A DNA stretch of 63,576 bases, filler included, from Octopus bimaculoides (Eukaryota), in the NCBI RefSeq assembly GCF_001194135.2. It is 8 parts of 8 records of this genome, joined end to end, with 100 filler letters (N's around TTAATTAATTAA, not from the genome) between each part and the next. Parts side by side here need not be neighbours in the genome. Positions count along the whole stretch, not along the records: positions 61,131 to 63,576 come from NW_026345928.1; 7 more parts are not named here. One strand, 5' to 3'. The position numbers and the translations under genes were made by a program. Shown in pieces: positions 61,838-63,576 of this stretch (positions within the stretch are counted from its first letter, which is position 1; the number at the start of each line of letters is the position of its first letter). The notes under the pieces are model-generated. The model saw only the letters and a list, made by a program, of their open reading frames with translations, was not told the origin of the DNA and searched no databases.

Positions 61838-62850
61838 ANNNNNNNNNNNNNNNNNNNNNNNNNNNNNNNNNNNNNNNNNNNNNNNNNNNNNNNNNNNNNN
61901 NNNNNNNNNNNNNNNNNNNNNNNNNNNNNNNNNNNNNNNNNNNNNNNNNNNNNNNNNNNNNNNNNNNNNNNNNNNNNNNNNNNNNNNNNNNNNNNNNNNN
62001 NNNNNNNNNNNNNNNNNNNNNNNNNNNNNNNNNNNNNNNNNNNNNNNNNNNNNNNNNNNNNNNNNNNNNNNNNNNNNNNNNNNNNNNNNNNNNNNNNNNN
62101 NNNNNNNNNNNNNNNNNNNNNNNNNNNNNNNNNNNNNNNNNNNNNNNNNNNNNNNNNNNNNNNNNNNNNNNNNNNNNNNNNNNNNNNNNNNNNNNNNNNN
62201 NNNNNNNNNNNNNNNNNNNNNNNNNNNNNNNNNNNNNNNNNNNNNNNNNNNNNNNNNNNNNNNNNNNNNNNNNNNNNNNNNNNNNNNNNNNNNNNNNNNN
62301 NNNNNNNNNNNNNNNNNNNNNNNNNNNNNNNNNNNNNNNNNNNNNNNNNNNNNNNNNNNNNNNNNNNNNNNNNNNNNNNNNNNNNNNNNNNNNNNNNNNN
62401 NNNNNNNNNNNNNNNNNNNNNNNNNNNNNNNNNNNNNNNNNNNNNNNNNNNNNNNNNNNNNNNNNNNNNNNNNNNNNNNNNNNNNNNNNNNNNNNNNNNN
62501 NNNNNNNNNNNNNNNNNNNNNNNNNNNNNNNNNNNNNNNNNNNNNNNNNNNNNNNNNNNNNNNNNNNNNNNNNNNNNNNNNNNNNNNNNNNNNNNNNNNN
62601 NNNNNNNNNNNNNNNNNNNNNNNNNNNNNNNNNNNNNNNNNNNNNNNNNNNNNNNNNNNNNNNNNNNNNNNNNNNNNNNNNNNNNNNNNNNNNNNNNNNN
62701 NNNNNNNNNNNNNNNNNNNNNNNNNNNATATATATATGCATGTATGTGTGTGTGTGTGTGTGTATGCATGTATATATGTATGTATATACGTATGTATATA
62801 CGTATGTATGTATGTATGCATGCATGCATGCATGTATATATGTATGCATG

Positions 62851-63260
62851 TAGGCGCAAAAGTGGCTGTGTGTGGTAGGTAGCTTGCTTACCAACCACAT
62901 GGTTCTGGGTCCAGTCCCATTGCTTGGCACCTTGGGCAAGTGTCTTCTACTATAACTACGAGCCGACCAAAGCATTGTGAGTGGATTTGGTAAACGGAAA
63001 CTGAAAGAAGCCTGTCGTATATATGTATATATATGTGTGTGCATATGTTTCTGTGTCTGTGTTTGTCCCCACAAACTTCGCTTGACAACCGAGGCTGGTG
63101 TGTTTACGTCCCCGTAACGTAGCGGTTCGGCAAAAGGAGACCGATAGAATAAGTACTAGGCTTACAAAGAATAAGTCCTAGGGTCGATTTGCTCGACTAA
63201 AGGCAGTGCTCCAGCCTGGCCGCAGTCATATGACTGAAACATGTAAAATAGTAAAAGAGT
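62851..63260 (+). mobile_element. SINE family A copy
   Basis: Canonical head (with a small insertion), central microsatellite, body and tail. Confidence 0.88.
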
Positions 63261-63576
63261 ATGTATGCACATAGAGTTATAATCCAAGTTGTATCTTTAT
63301 GAAGCCCATTCAGTATATACCAGTGTTCCAGTTAAATTTATATGAGAGTTTAAAATACTAGAGAATACTGATAAATACTGAAAAAATACCTATTGCATAT
63401 AATTACATGTTAAAACACAAGCATTGAAATATTGTCTGGTAGTGTTTATTCCCCATTACATATGTTTCATTGCTATTAGGATTTACATAGGTATCCATGT
63501 AGAAAAACTTAGAAAAAATATCCTATCAGTAACCCTCCAAACCGTTAATTAAGATATTATTGTTTTAATATGTAAA

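Overview
This is an AT-rich, microsatellite-saturated animal genomic window. The SINE/LINE repertoire and repeat density suggest a coleoid cephalopod, probably Octopus (inference, not proven). It is not one continuous molecule: seven identical 100-nt spacers (N44-TTAATTAATTAA-N44) join at least eight separately assembled pieces, and there are also many ordinary N gaps. The only host gene I can support is in the first piece: seven in-phase + strand exons (1174-12650) of an LNX (Ligand of Numb protein X, LNX1/2-like) RING/PDZ ubiquitin ligase. They encode a TRAF-type zinc finger, PDZ1 and most of PDZ2, and the gene is cut off at the first join. The rest is retroelement and DNA-transposon debris: several tRNA-derived SINE families, Penelope-like, Tx1/L1-like, R4/Dong-like and RTE LINE fragments, a Helitron helicase fragment, and hAT and piggyBac-type MITEs. 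Almost all entries in the supplied ORF track are artefacts of microsatellites or N runs. The most interesting structures are: (1) a ~1.7-kb inverted pair of Penelope-type terminal repeats, each carrying a minimal hammerhead-ribozyme motif; (2) a second (TA)n-centred palindrome; (3) a SINE 3' tail shared with a Tx1-like LINE terminus; (4) recurrent same-site, same-orientation nesting and multimerisation of SINEs; and (5) two R4-clade elements stacked in an (AAT)n target. All work was done by eye with no alignments or database searches. The SINE family labels A-E and repeat C are my own working names.
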